A stretch of DNA of 64,000 nucleotides. Source: Octopus sinensis. Lineage: Eukaryota. The notes beneath the pieces were generated by a model, which worked only from the letters and a program-made list of their open reading frames with translations, was not told where the DNA came from and made no database searches. Numbering within the stretch: position 1 is the first letter of the stretch; every line of letters starts with the position of its first letter. This document shows positions 39,949 to 55,112 of the stretch, one piece after another. Location of the stretch: the NCBI RefSeq assembly GCF_006345805.1, contig NC_043006.1, forward strand, positions 46,438,001-46,502,000. The letters run 5' to 3'. The position numbers were made by a program, and so were the translations under genes.

Positions 39949-40699
39949 GCATGTATATATGTGTATATATATGTGTACATACTACATGTACATCTATATA
40001 TATATACATCTACACATAAAATACAAAATACAAAGTTATATCTTGATATCGCTAGTGATAACAATACTCAAATATATAACAGACTGGAATTGTTAGCCCG
40101 TCTCTCGTAATTTCGATCAATTGTATCTAGTCCTCCCTCCTGTATAGATGTGTGGCTACAATCCAGCCTACCTCTACTTCTGGGGGAGGGGACATTTTAA
40201 AGTTTTTTCCGGCACGTCCTACGTCCCAGATATAAAGGTAAAAATAAAATATTTCCACTTTGCAAGTTCGAGTCGAGTACTCCCTTGCACGCTCCGTTGA
40301 CTCGAACTTTTCTTCTATTGTGGCGAATTTACCGCCTCTAGTTAGATATCTTTCATAGTCGCACCAAGACACTTTTCGAAGGTGCTTTCCTCCATGTGTT
40401 CAAATCTTCTTTTTTCTCTACATTGTATACTTCATAGACAATAGTCTTTCCTTTAATTTAATTATTTATTATCCATCTGGACTATTCCATTTCTGCACGC
40501 TAATTTTATTTTTAATTTATTCCCATTCATGTGAAACCACTTATTCAAGTTCAAGTCATTGATGCAATTTTATACCAATTGCTATTTTTACTTTTGTTAT
40601 GTTACGATTATATTATACTTTAGTTTGATTTTAATTATTACTTACTACATATAATTCAATTGTTATTATTATTTTTACTGTTGAAGTGAAAGTATCTGA

Positions 40700-41090
40700 C
40701 ATAAAATAGAGAAACGTTTTTGTTTCACTTTTAACACGTAATACTGAAATAGTAGAGAGGATATGATAATGCTATGGGCTCGCTCTAGGCAAGAAGTTGA
40801 ACATTTTCCTTTGCCCATGAAACTACATGGACCCTAAGTAAGGCATTTGTAAAATTTGAATGAAATTGGTTGTGTAGTTCTCAAGTTTTAGGAAATCGTA
40901 GTGGAGAAGATATGATATTGTTGTGGACTCGCCCTAGGTAAAACTAGGCAAAAAGTTAAAAACTTTTTTTGCCGATGACACTCCCCGGACACTAAGTAAA
41001 GCATGTGTAAAATTTGTATGAAATTGGTTGTGTAGTTCTCAAGTTTTAGGGAAACACACAGACAGACATTCTCAGTTTTATATATATAAA
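40700..41090 (+). mobile_element. Helentron-associated (HINE/DINE-1-like) element with two tandem core repeats
   Basis: TGTAAAATTTG.ATGAAATTGGTTGTGTAGTTCTCAAGTTTTAGG occurs twice (about 40846 and 41005). The element ends CACAGACAGAC...TTTTATATATA. Confidence 0.55.
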
Positions 41091-41464
41091 TATATGTTGC
41101 CAATTATATAAGATATCTCTGATCTTTGCCTTTAACTACGAAATAAACAAATCTATTAAAATACATGTGATATCTTAGTATAATGATATCAATATTGGAA
41201 ATACTAATTGAAATAAAAATTGCCTAGTCCTTAATTATCTCCAAGAAAGCATTTAATTATATGAAGCAGAGAACTCAATCAAGTGAACTGAAGTGTTGCA
41301 TGCTTCTCCTTTTCGTGAAAGACAAAGGCGCTCTTCAACGTATGGGGAGAAATTTATCGATGGAGAGAAATCTACTGATATTCACCTGCTTAAATTTACA
41401 GACACTTTTAAGACAATATCTACTTTCTTTACCTTTCTGTTATATATATATATATAATATATAT

Positions 41465-41500
<36 letters not shown>

Positions 41501-42096
41501 AATTCTTCAATCCCTCTACCCCTACCTCTCGCCTCTCCTTTGACGTGACCGGTGTTCGGCCATGCCTGACCTTTCTTTCGTGGTCCGACTGCCATCCGTG
41601 TAGCATCTCTTCTATTCATTCCAATGACTTTCAGCTTATATGTTCCTGTCATAACGCTTCACGGCCGCACAGACCAGCTTAATTTAATTCGTCTTTAGTC
41701 GAAAAGCACCTGTTGTTTATGTCTTGTTGTTTGTATTCGTAATTGTGTACTATTTCTCCATTTTTTCGACCTTGTTTTCGTATACATTCGCTTGCCTTCT
41801 TCCAAATCTAGTGCTCTTAGCTTCGATTTTCTTGGAAACCGGCGAGATTAGAGCAGTCTCGGGTGTAACCGGCCGAAACTGCTTGGACGATCTGGTACTC
41901 GACTGAAGATTGAAAGCTCCGAATGACCCGTCCTTGATTTTTCTTGTTTATTTTTGTATCGTGTAACTGTTCGCATGTTTTGTTGTCGCCTGCTACGTTC
42001 TTGTTCTATTTTTTGTTTTGTTTATATATATATATATTGCCCCAGCATGGCCACAGCTCATGAGCTGAAACTGGAAAAATCGAAAATCAAAATCAA

Positions 42097-42127
<31 letters not shown>

Positions 42128-42361
42128 ATGCAGAAGAACGGAAAACAGTGCGCACATTCTAAACAAATAGGCGAATATCTTGTGCCTTCTAGGTGTAACA
42201 GGTAATAGGTGTAATTGATGAAGTCAGGGTACACACACACACACACACACACAACACACATACACACACACACGCATATATATTTGGTAAACTACGATAT
42301 GCACAAGTATATATTATTAGAAAAGGAATACTTTATTACATGTATACATATGTATATAAAC

Positions 42362-42398
<37 letters not shown>

Positions 42399-43875
42399 AT
42401 ATTATACATGTGTATATGATGTGTGTTTGTATATGTGTTTGTATTTGTGTGTGTGCATGTGTGTGTGTGTGTCTGTGTTTGCGTGTATCTGCGTGCGTGT
42501 GTTTGTGATTTTAGTTATGAGGGATTATAAGAGCCAACTCGTAAGCACATCAACTCGTAAGACGCATGCCAACAATGGCTAACACAACAGAGAGCTCGCT
42601 GAGGGACAAACAACATTGAAAGTATCAAGTGTTAGTACGATGCCGGAGACATGCAAGTACCAAATCCAATTTAAACCATAGATCCAGTACAGGGATGTGT
42701 CCTTGGTGTTGCGCAAGTAGAAGAAGTAAAAACAAATGGCGTTTCAAGACTACATAAATTTCTATCGTAAGACCCGTCGTAAAATTTAAACGCCATTCAT
42801 GTATGTACGTATGTGTGAGAGGACAGGTATAATACTATTGAATGTAATAACGTATATAATTTACTTTATTTTATACTATATAATTTCATTCTATTTTATT
42901 TCATTTCCTTTGAAAATCTGAAGACTTTCAGGACCTGTATATAATTGAACTAAGTAACAATTCCTTAATTTCATTTAACTGCACTATCAAATACTCGTAT
43001 GTCTTTCCTTTTTAAACTGATTGAGATGACATATGAGAGAAATTTAGTTACTGGTTTTTAGCAACCCCAGCGACTATGTCCAGTTTTCTTATCTGGTTCG
43101 TGTGTAAATGCGTGCTTGCGTATTTGACTCTGTGAGTGGTGCGTATGTATTTCTCCGGTGTGCATAAGCAATCGTTGCATTAAGCAAACAATGTGTTTGA
43201 TAGAAGCATGTTCTGCAACTTGTCGCATCCGCCTCTACGGCTACTTGCTTGCATTATGCTTTCTGGTTAGAGGCCAAGTGGATCTTGTCCAAAATTTCTT
43301 AAAATTCCTACTAGCAATTCGTAAATGGAACTATTCAATGAAATGCACTAATTGTGCTGAGTCTACAGTATTGGTTGGCCAAATTAGTTCCAGATTCTTG
43401 TAACATACGTGCTCACACATTTTCGCTCAACTATACACACATACATAGATGAATCTATATATACTTACACACAAGCACACACAAACAAAAATGTAGAGAG
43501 ATACATATAAGTGTACATATTCATGCACACGGCATATTGTGACACATGAATGCTTCTACGAAACGATACACTCCGTCCATATACACACACACACACATAC
43601 ACAAACATATGTAGACACGTACATATATACAAATATTGAAACACACAGATGGTTTAAACGCTGACATGAACATAGTTATACACATACATACAGAGAAATA
43701 CACCCAGATCGATGTCAAATGAGCGTTCAAAGCATCTTTGAAATCACCGGAAGTCAGGAAATCTTCGCCATCTTAACTTATATTGTCTTATGATGTCATA
43801 CTCTTTCAAGCAAATATGTACCGGATATAAGAATCTTCAATGTCTTCCGTTACTGTTTCAAATACATATGTACGC

Positions 43876-43980
<105 letters not shown>

Positions 43981-44552
43981 CACGCACACACACATATGTA
44001 TATAAGATCTGGCCTTCGCTACTTTATATTGTAATGGAGATGTGTTAATTGTAAATGATGTTAATGTGTAAAGAAACCTAAAGCCATTGATAGTAATTTT
44101 GCTGTATTGGTACTGAAACTTGCTTTTACATCCAATCCTAAAACATCTTCAAGCATTTGACCTCCTATAATCCCTATCCTTTTATCGTAGATTATATCAA
44201 TGTTCCAATCTTCTCAATCCCCGGAACTAGAGCACTCTATGTCACGCATACTCCATGCCTTAATTCAAGCTTGTTTAATCTCAAAATATTGCATAATATT
44301 TACGTAAATTACAGTTGTTGTCTTTTTGCAATTATATAACACAGCATCTTTGTGCTTATAACTGCGTTCATATCTGTATGTAGATCAACTTACATTCCGA
44401 TGAATATCCTGAGCATAGGAAGTTGGATGCTTGAAAAACATGTATTCACCTACATTAAGAGAATTAGTAAATATGCTAATGTGTGTATTACATCTCACAC
44501 GTAACATAAATCATCCAAAGAACATACTTGAAACCAATATACACACACATTA

Positions 44553-44981
44553 TTTTCTTTGTTTTACTTGTTTCAGTCATCTGACTGTGGCCATGCTGGA
44601 GTGCACCAGGACTTATTCGTTGTAAACCAAATACTTATTCTATCGGTCCTTTTTGCCGAACCGCTAAATTTCGGGGACATAAACAGACAAGCATCGGTTG
44701 TCAAGCGATGTTGCGGGGGGGGGGGACAAAAAGACACACATAAACGTATACACACGTACATATGTATATATATATACATATATACTACGGGCTTCTTTCA
44801 GTTTCCGTCTACCAAATCCACCTACTAGGCTTTGGTCGGCTCAAGGCTATAGTAGAAGACACTTGGCCAAGGTTCCACACAGTGGGACTGAACCTGGAAC
44901 CATGTGGTTGGTAAGCCACTCCTACGCCTACACACAAATACACTACACTCTCTCTCTCTCTCACACACACACACACATATA

Positions 44982-45022
<41 letters not shown>

Positions 45023-45251
45023 TACATATATATACATATACATTTATATATATATATACATATATATATATAATATATATATATAACATATATATATATA
45101 TATACATACGACGGGCTTACTTCCGTTTCCGTCTAGCAAATCAACTCACAGGGCTTTGGTCAGCCCGAGGCTATAGTAGAAACACTTGCCTAAGATGCCA
45201 CGCAGTGAGACTGAAGCCAGAACCATGTAGTTGTAAGCCACTCCTCCGCCT

Positions 45252-45252
<1 letters not shown>
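44553..45252 (-). mobile_element. SINE family A full copy (44553-44930) plus second head (45108-45252)
   Basis: Reverse-complement homology to 1566-1963. Confidence 0.8.
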
Positions 45253-45300
<48 letters not shown>

Positions 45301-45554
45301 GGGAGAGAGAGAGAGAGATATTCATATACGCATATATCTGAGTACACATTTAATGTACATCTATAATTAGCCATTCCTATGATATTCCTTCTCTTGCTTT
45401 CTCTCTGAAACGAAGCTTCCTACGATGCTATTATCCACAAATGATGTAATACATAAAAGAAAATGAAAAACACACCACACACATATATATTTATATATAT
45501 ATGTGTGTGTGTGTATATATAGATGTATGTGTGTATGTATGTATGTATGTATGA

Positions 45555-45605
<51 letters not shown>

Positions 45606-45811
45606 CATATGCACACGAATGTTTGTTTGTATTTATTCGTCGTAGAACAACTTCGGGGCGGTACGCAAAATAGTATTATATGCTTCGTATTTAAAAACTA
45701 GATTCTGCAATGAAAAGTCAGTGAAAAGAATAACAAATACTGGTCGCATTTCTTTCTCCCACCTTCCCTCTTTCTGCCTATCTATCTATCTTGCCTCCGT
45801 CCTTCCCAATT

Positions 45812-45845
<34 letters not shown>

Positions 45846-46185
45846 CTTGCTTTTCCATTGAATAGAAACAAAATCTATTGCATATGCACGCATTAATATG
45901 CGGTAGTAATGAACGTCTAAACCTTAACCCCAGAATCTATATGCCAAAAGTCATATACCTTTTCTTTTTCCATTTATTTCCTGAAACTTTTCCCGCTTCT
46001 GTATTCTATTCCTTCAATTATTCATTTATAGATTACATTCATTTTGGTTTGTTATTCATATATATATAGCTAGTATGTTTATTTCATTGCCTCGCACATT
46101 CGGATGTGAAAAGCGGTGTGCGATAGAAAGGTTAGAAATGAAACGAAAATATCACAAATTCCACCATGTTTTTGTTTCACTCTCG

Positions 46186-46216
<31 letters not shown>

Positions 46217-46511
46217 CCTCGTTCTCTCTCTTTCCCTCTCTCTCTCAGTCGGTCTTTCTTTTACTTTACTTTTCCTCTAGTGGTGTAATTTACTGCTATC
46301 GGAATCTATACATACATGCAGTTATACTTGGCTACATACATGCAAATGTACACACGTACTTAAGTATATACACACAATTACTTACAAACAGACAGACAGA
46401 CACGCACTAACACATACACACACGCACATACCCGCACGCACACATTCTCTCACACATCCGCATATATGCATGTATATATATATATACATATAGTTACGTG
46501 TTTGGGTGTGT

Positions 46512-46570
<59 letters not shown>

Positions 46571-46606
46571 GCATATATATATATATATGTATATATATAT
46601 ACATAA

Positions 46607-46657
<51 letters not shown>

Positions 46658-46796
46658 GTTGTGTGTATTATATGTATATATATATATACATATATATGTA
46701 TGTATATAACCATATATATGTGTATATATATATATATATATCTGTATGTACGTACACATATATCTGTATATACGTGCATGAATATATGCATGTATG

Positions 46797-46841
<45 letters not shown>

Positions 46842-47608
46842 TATATATATATTTATATGTTTATATATGTATACACACACACACACACACACACACAGGT
46901 ACATATGTATGTATTTAATTAGAAATCACTTCAGTGCCGCTCTGGCATTTACGTTATCACCTGAATGTTCAACGGTTGGTGTCACAAAATGAAGGTGACA
47001 GCGGGATGTCATTTCTTTAATAGAAACTGTGCATACGACAACCTGTACGTATAACTCTGTATGCTTGCATGTTCTTTTTCATATGTCTGTTGTGGTATTT
47101 GATGCGTACTCGTTAATGTGAATCAGTGAGAAAATCTAATGAAAATGAGAAGAAAGGAAATAAAAACTTTGAGAGATATAAAGTTTTCTCGTTTATAATT
47201 ATTTTAGGCTGTTATGCTTCGAAATATATTTCAGTATTTAGAAATTGCACATGGTGTTGAAGCTTTCAATTGATAAGAAAATTATCTTAAAGTACATTTA
47301 GCATGAAACAATCAACGCACTTTTGGGGAGACGTAATCGTGTTAATGTGGTTGAGCGGCTTAGTTCGCGATCATGTGCTTGCAGGTTCGATCATCTCAGA
47401 CGCGCTTATGTGACCAGCTTCAAATAGAATTTGAGTCAAACAAATACTTTGTCGAGTGTGCAGATATCACGCAGACACTCGTCTTGTGAAGATGTATGTA
47501 TGTATGTATGTATGCATGTATGCATGTATGCATGTATGTATGCATCTATCTATCTAACTATGAATATAGTAATTAAATGTCTGTATGAGTGTGTGTACAT
47601 ATTTTAAA

Positions 47609-47933
47609 GACTCCGCCGGTTACGACGACGAGGGTCCCAGCTGATACGATCAACGGAACAGCTTGCTCGTGAAATTAACGTGCAAATGGCTGAGCATTCC
47701 ACAGACACGTGTACCCTTAACGTAGTTCTCGGGGATAATCAGCGTGACACAGAGAGTGACAAGGCTGACCCTTTGAAATACAAGTACAACTCATTTTTGC
47801 CAGCTGAGTGGACTGGAGCAACGTGAAATAAAGTGTCTTGATCAAGGACACAACGCGTCGCCGGGAATCGAACTCACTCACAACCTTACGATCATGAGCC
47901 GAATGCCCTAACCACTAAGCCACGCGCCCTCAC
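47609..47933 (-). mobile_element. tRNA-derived SINE family C, well-preserved copy
   Basis: Minus head has TGGCTTAGTGG (A box) and GAGTTCGATTCC (B box), then a TGTGTCCTTGATCAAGACACTTTA...CCACTCAGCTG core-type domain. Confidence 0.8.
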
Positions 47934-48057
47934 GTATATATATATATATACATACATACATGCATACATAAATACGCAGACACATAAATATACATACATA
48001 CACACATATACATATCTATATGCACACACATATATACATACATGCATACATATATAC

Positions 48058-48490
48058 AGGCCGGATATTGTTGTTTGGGACAGAGGGGCAAAGGTATGAA
48101 CCATCATAGAGGTCAGCTGCCCTGCTGATATAAATATCTCTTTGAAAATCAAAGAAAAAGAGGATATCTATGGACAAATGCTTCGAAACCTCCAGCTTCT
48201 ATATCCAGACTATGAATTCATATTCATACCAATAATAATTGGAGCACTAGGTTTTGTTAGTAAATGCTTAAAGGAGAATCTGGATAAACTGGGATTTTCA
48301 GAAAGAGAAACTGACCGGCTGATTCGTACATTACATGTCCAATCTGTGAGTGGAACATTAAAAATCTGCAAGACTTTTCTCAAGTTCCAAGTGTAAATTT
48401 GTTTGCGTTAATTACATCCCAAAGATGGAGATTTGTATCTTTGCTGGAAACCGGTTCCCTCCTCAGTCGAACATTAATAATAATTAAAAA
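48058..48490 (+). mobile_element. 5'-truncated RLE-type non-LTR retrotransposon 3' end (PD-(D/E)xK endonuclease)
   Basis: RPDIVVWDRGAKV*TIIEVSCPADINISLKIKEKEDIYGQMLRNLQLLYPDYEFIFIPIIIGALG...KTFLKFQV* (48058-48396, one in-frame stop). Begins in a TA/CA microsatellite. Confidence 0.8.
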
Positions 48491-49400
48491 ATAGAAGAGA
48501 AATACACACGCGCATAAAACGTTTAATTGCTTCATTCATTGGACTGTGTCCAAGCTGGGGCCCCAACTTGAAGAATTTTCGAGCCCTGGCACTTATCCCC
48601 GCGAGCTTTTTTGTTGAACCGCTGAGTTACGAAATGCATTCGATCTAACACTGATTGGTGAAGGCTAAACACTACGACTCTCGTAAATAAGTACATGCAA
48701 CAAGCTTCTTTCAGTTTCTCCTTCACAAGCCTTTGGTCGATCCGAGACTATAATACATGGTACTGATTTTATGTGTATTTACACATGCATAGCCATAACT
48801 ATATGCGCATATGCATATAAAAATATATATAAAGCAATGTTTGATGTCTCTTTTCCTCTGACGAACCAGTAACAACTTAAGTTTTTTCTTTTTAATACTT
48901 AGGTATTTAAAAAAATGTTCCACATCTCTACACCGTCTTTAATATTAGTTAATGATTTTATCAAAGGCCAGTTGTTGCTCGCATTGTACTTATTTGATAG
49001 ACACCGAAAGGATGAAAGGCAAAACAATATTGACGGAATTTGAATTCAGGACGTAACCACAATAAGCGCTTTACCAGGCGTGCAAGCGATTCTGCCAGCT
49101 CGCTGCCTTAAACATCACTTTTAAAATGGGTTTCGAATTGTGGTACAAGGTCAGTAATTTCAGAAGTGGGATAATTTTATCAACCCCGAAAGGATGAATG
49201 TAAAAGTCGACCTCGGCGGAATATGAACGGAGAACGTAAAGACAGACGATGTACAGTAATCCCTCGACTATCGCGGGTGTTACGGTCCAAAACTATCCGT
49301 GATGGGTTAAAATCCTCGAAGCTGAAAGAGTACTGTATTTAAAAAATTTTTTATAATTTGTATATATTTTTGTATATATTTGTATATAATTTGTATATAA

Positions 49401-49735
49401 TAGGCGCAGGAATAGCTGTGTGGTAAGTAGCTTGCTTACCAACCACATGGCTCCGGTTTCAGTCCCACTGCGTGGCACTTTGGGCAAATGTCATCTACAA
49501 TAGCCTCGGGCCACCAAAGCCTTGTGAGTGGATTTGGTAGACGGAAACTGAAAGAATCCCTTCGTATATATATATGTGAGTGTGTGTGTGTGTGTGTGTG
49601 TGTTTACGTTCCCGTCACCTAGCGGTACGGCAAGACAGACCGATAGAATAAGTACCAGGCTTACAAAGAATGTGCTCGACTAAAGGCGTTGCTCCAGGAT
49701 GACTGCAGTCAAATGACTGAAACAAATAAAAAAAT
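49401..49735 (+). mobile_element. SINE family A copy
   Basis: Head TAGGCGCAGG at 49401; homologous through the tail. Confidence 0.8.
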
Positions 49736-50345
49736 ATTTATTTTATTATAAATGCAAAGTAACACCACCGAGGAATCAACGTACGGTTAAATAATAAACA
49801 GCGATAGATGAACCGCGTGCTAACAATTCTGCCAGTTTGCCGTTTTAAACATTACCTTTAATATTAACCGCTTAATTACATGCTGTTCTCAGCAGACGAA
49901 TTCAAGCCGTGTGTTCTTCAAAGAGCTACACTGATGCGTGAAGGCAGGAAATGCTAAAGGTATTGCCGTTAAGAAATTGGTAGAAAACTCCTAGTGTCAT
50001 GCGTTGAGGGATGTGATTGGCCATAAATTAAATGCATGCAATTTTATTAATTACTTTTCATGCAAAAGATACTTTCGCTCATTAAACGACTTGCAAAAAG
50101 CATTTGTCATTTCAATAATGAGATTTCTGATTTTTTGTTCAAAAGATCTATTCAAACAAGTGCGTCTCCAGCACCGAAGTCTGATCCGAGCTTGCTATGA
50201 TGAAAGGATAATAAGTAATGTCAACAATGATTTCCTTGCAAGAATATAAAGTCATAGATGACAATTGGAGAAAAACTACTCAGAACTTTAAGTTATGATA
50301 ATAATAATAATTACAATGGCAATGATTTGCGTAAATAATGTTGAT

Positions 50346-50979
50346 AAGGCGGCGAGCTGGCAGAAACGTTAGCACGCCGGACGAAATGCGTAGCGGTATT
50401 TCGTCTGCCGTTACGTTCTGAGTTCAAATTCTGCCGAGGTCGACTTTGCCTTTCATCCTTTCGGGGTCGATAAATTAAGTACCAGTTACGCACTGGCGTC
50501 GATGTAATCGACTTAATCCGTTTGTCTGTCCTTGTTTGCTCCCTCTGTGTTTAGCCCCTTGTGGGTAGTAAAGAAATAGGTATTTCGTCTGCCGCTACGT
50601 TCTGAGTTCAAATTCCGCCGTGGTCGACTTTGCCTTTCATCCTTTCGGGGTCGATTAAATAAGTACCAGTTACGCATTGGGTCGATATAATCGACTTAAT
50701 CCATTTGTCTGTCCTAGTTTGTCCTCTCTGTGTTTGGTCCCTTGTGGGCAGTAAATAGACAAGAAACGTCAGCACGCCGAGCGAAATGCTTAGCGGTATT
50801 TCGTCTGTCTCTACGTTCTGATTTCAAGTTCCGCCGAGGTCGACTTTGCCTTTCATCCTTCCGGGGTCGTTAAATTAAGTACTAGTTACGCACTGGGGTT
50901 CATGTAATCGACTTAATCCATTTGTCTGTCCTTGTTTCTCCCCTCTATGTTTAGCCCCTTATGGGAAATAAAGAAATAA
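50346..50979 (+). mobile_element. Tandem trimer of SINE family B
   Basis: Units start at 50346 (full head GGCGAGCTGGCAGAAACGTTAGCACG..GAGTTCAAATTC), 50579 and 50763, with shared body and TTAGCCCCTTGTGGG-type tail. About 20 more degenerate copies occur in the window, mostly on the minus strand. Confidence 0.85.
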
Positions 50980-52409
50980 GCAAATGACGTTGATAATTTC
51001 TGACGACGGGAGAGGGCGAAACAATCGTTTTTATATTTTGGTAAGAGTCCTATAACTCTGAGGTATGGGGAAGTCGATTATATCGACTCTATTGTTCAGT
51101 TGATGCATACTTTTTCGATCCCAAAAAGATGAAGGTTAAATTCGACCTCGGTGGAATTTGAACTCTAAATGTAACACCAGCGTGCTAACGATTCTTCCAC
51201 TTCGCCAACTCAGAGAAAAAAATAAATAATCATTTCTATTAAAGGCTCAAGGCCTGAAGTTTTGGGGTACGAGGCTAGTCGATTAGATTGACTCCAGTTT
51301 GTAACCGGTACTTAATTTATCGACGCCGAAAGGTGGAAAGGCCAAGTCGACCTCGGCGGAATTTGAACTCTAAATGTAACGTCACCGGGTACTATGTCAG
51401 GCGTCCCAACGATTCTTCCAGCTCGCCGCTTTAGAAAATGAAATAAATAATGAAGATAGCAATGGTAGTGTTGATGATGATGATGATGATGATGATGGTG
51501 ACGATGCTGTCGGTAGTTATTTTCGTTGTACTGTTGATGGTGATCAATTTGTGGTAGCACTGTGATACCGTCTGAGTACAAGCGTGCCAGATGGTCGAGG
51601 TTTTTGTACAATTAAATCAGAAAGAAAGAGCATGTAAATGATAGCAGACTGAAATAGTATGCACGCGTGTATATATGTGTATATGTGTGCGTTTGTGCGT
51701 TAGTGCGCTTGTACGTGCGTGTGTATTCGTGTACGCGTGTGGGATACAGTTTACATGTTTGGTGAGGAGACATGTGTTGATGGATTTGGTCTGTAGACGC
51801 GTTGCCGCAAACAGGAAGGTTGGTGAATGGGCGTGTAATTCAGAAGATGATAGATTATAGTAACTTTTATGTTAACTTGAGACACTCACTGGACTATCTT
51901 AGTGGATGTATGTGTGTGTTCACTGCGGCAGGAGCGTTTGTCGTAGTCCTAGAGATGCGGCTGCATCATGATATTTCTGGAGTAAGAGGATATAAGAAAA
52001 GTTAGCAGATATACTTAGAGAGGTTCGGCTCGTTATACTGAACAGAGTTAGTTAAAAAAGAAAGCACCGTAGGGCAGACATTTTTGATAGCGTGAAAGCT
52101 GATGGTGTAGACAACTTTGATGAAAATATTTAATGACTGACAGTGTTATGGGTGTTGCAGGGGTTACGACGAGTGAAAGTGATAAACAAGAAGCGTCAGT
52201 GAGATTAAGTAGGGAAACATTGAACAACAATAACAACGATGGCGAAAAATAAAAAGACAAATCGTATTACCAACGCTAAGTGTACATCAACGACCCCTAA
52301 CTACAACAGCAGGGGAAATATAGAGAAGATATATAAAATCACTGACACAACATTAAATTAAATAAGCACTTCTGTGTATATTTACGGCTTGTTGTGGAGA
52401 ACTTCGCTA

Positions 52410-53060
<651 letters not shown>

Positions 53061-53567
53061 TGTCTATGTATGTCTCTATCAACGTATGAAGTGTGTTTGT
53101 GTTTGTGTGTCTGTGTGCGTGTGTGTGCGTGCGTGGGTCTGTACGTGTGTGCGTGTGTATGTGTGTGCGCGCGTGCATATCTGTGTGTTTGCCTGCGTGT
53201 GTGCGTGTGCGTACGTGTGTGTGTATATAAAAGGGAATCGTTAGCAACCTGGTCAAACTGTTTATCGCATTTTGTCCGTCTTCACATTGTGAGCTCAAAA
53301 TCCGTCGAAGTCGACTTTGCATTTCACTCTTTTGGGGTCGTTAGATAATTACTCTCCACGCAACCGATGTTCTCCAAGGGCCATTACAGCTGGCAACCAG
53401 TAACGTGACAGCTCGATTCTACAGCTGAATGAAATGGACTAACATGAAATAAAGTGTCTTGCTCAAGAACACAGCACATAAACTGGTCGGGGAATCGCAT
53501 TCACTACCTCATACATTGTGAGTCCGACGCTCTAACGGTTTGAGTCTAACCACTCAACCATACGCCT

Positions 53568-53605
<38 letters not shown>

Positions 53606-54694
53606 CACACACATCTATTACCCTTATCACTAGCCAGCGTGTAGTCATCATCTTTATGGTATTTATTTTTTTGGGTAAGATTTCCAAGCTAATTAGTCTT
53701 GCCTCTGTGGTGTCAGAGATTATTTAAGCTACATTTGTGATTGCAGTAAGCGTTCAGCTTATTATACTTAATTGTAACGTAAGCTTCGCATTTGGCTATA
53801 TAACTTAATACTTTCAAATTTTGGCACCAGACAGGCAGGGAGGCAATTTTCTGGGTTGGGGTAAGTCGATTACGACGACATTGCTGCTCAGCTGGTACTT
53901 ATGCTGAGATCCTAAACAAATGAAAAGCAAAGTCGACTTCGGTGTCATTTGAAGTCAGAAGGTAAAACCGAAAGGAAATCCACTTAGCATTTTGTCCTAT
54001 GTATTAACCCATATATAGCCCTGGTTGCATTTTCGCAACGCAAAACCTGCTCCTACTTGTTTGAACATGAACTCGCCGGGAAGCATCTGACTGAGCATAG
54101 GAAATGTTCAGTAGGTAGTCGACACCCCTAGCTAACAGCTGCATACCGTCCTTCTCTTCCAGTTTGTGAAAGCTTACAATAACGTTTAATCTGAATAGTG
54201 AAATTTTTTTGTGGGCATATATAAGTTAACAACGTTGTCTCAGGAACATTCTTTATGATTACATAAATAAATGAAATGCGTACTTTATATTTGTGAACTA
54301 TGTGTGTGTCTGTATGTGTGTGTGTTTTGCATTAATTTACATAGCACTAATATTACGATTCTGGAAGAATTCGCATTGCTTACGTTATGGTATTGTATAC
54401 AACGTAAATGTTATTAAAGAAGCCGAATGCTTCACATATAATTTTATTGATATGTATTATGTCAGTGTGAGTATTTTAATTTTATAATCTCACGGATTAT
54501 TCTTCCCTTTTGCCTAAAAACCAACACTCCTGTAATGAGTATATTTCTGTAAAATTTTGTACCATTTTCTTTTATTGGTTTCTATGTTTACATTACCTAT
54601 ATATATTTATTCACCTCTGTAACACTTCCTGATGCTCTCTCTCCCTCACTCTCTCCCCTCCCCCTCTCTCTCTATATATATGTATATATACACA

Positions 54695-55109
54695 CTCTCT
54701 TACTCTTTTACTTGTCTCAGTCATTTGACTGCAGCCATGCAGCAACACCGCCTTTAGTCGAGCAACACAATCCCAAGACTTATTATTTGTAAGCTTAGTA
54801 CTTATTCTATCAGTCTCTTTCCCCGAATCGCTCAGTTACGGAGACATAAGCGCACCAGCATCCGTTGTCTAGCGATGTTGGGGAGGCAAACACACACACA
54901 TCCACATACACACACACGCACATATATATTTATATATATACGACAGGCTTCTTTCAGTTTCCGTCTACCGAATCCCCTCACAAGGCCTTGGTCAGCCTCA
55001 GACTATAGTAGAAGATACTTGCGCGAGATGCTACGGAGTGGGACTGAACCTGGAACAACGATGAGATTTGTAAGCAAGCTGCTTACCACAGAACCACTAC
55101 TGCGCCTAT
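54695..55109 (-). mobile_element. SINE family A copy abutting the mariner
   Basis: Reverse-complement homology to 1566-1963; ends GCGCCTATA next to the mariner TA. Confidence 0.8.
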
Positions 55110-55112
55110 ATA

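Noticed and set aside
41400-41990. Microsatellite-flanked element with a GAGCAGT/ACTGCTT stem and a nearby CTGAAGA
   Set aside because: It may be another PLE pLTR, but I could not assemble a hammerhead: no CUGANGA directly precedes the stem, and no GAAA follows in register.
43690-43780. EF-hand-like DGEDFLTSGDFKDAL frame on minus with adjacent ETS (CCGGAAGT) and YY1 (CGCCATCTT) motifs
   Set aside because: An in-frame stop lies immediately upstream, there is no polypyrimidine acceptor, and isolated motifs are insufficient.
44191-44303. DYINVPIFSIPGTRALYVTHTP segment resembling the PTP DYINA...YIATQGP motif
   Set aside because: The similarity is weak and no other PTP motifs were found in the window.
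50346-50979. Regularly spaced repeats that might suggest CRISPR
   Set aside because: Units are SINE bodies of about 200 bp with no unique spacers, in a eukaryotic context with no cas genes.
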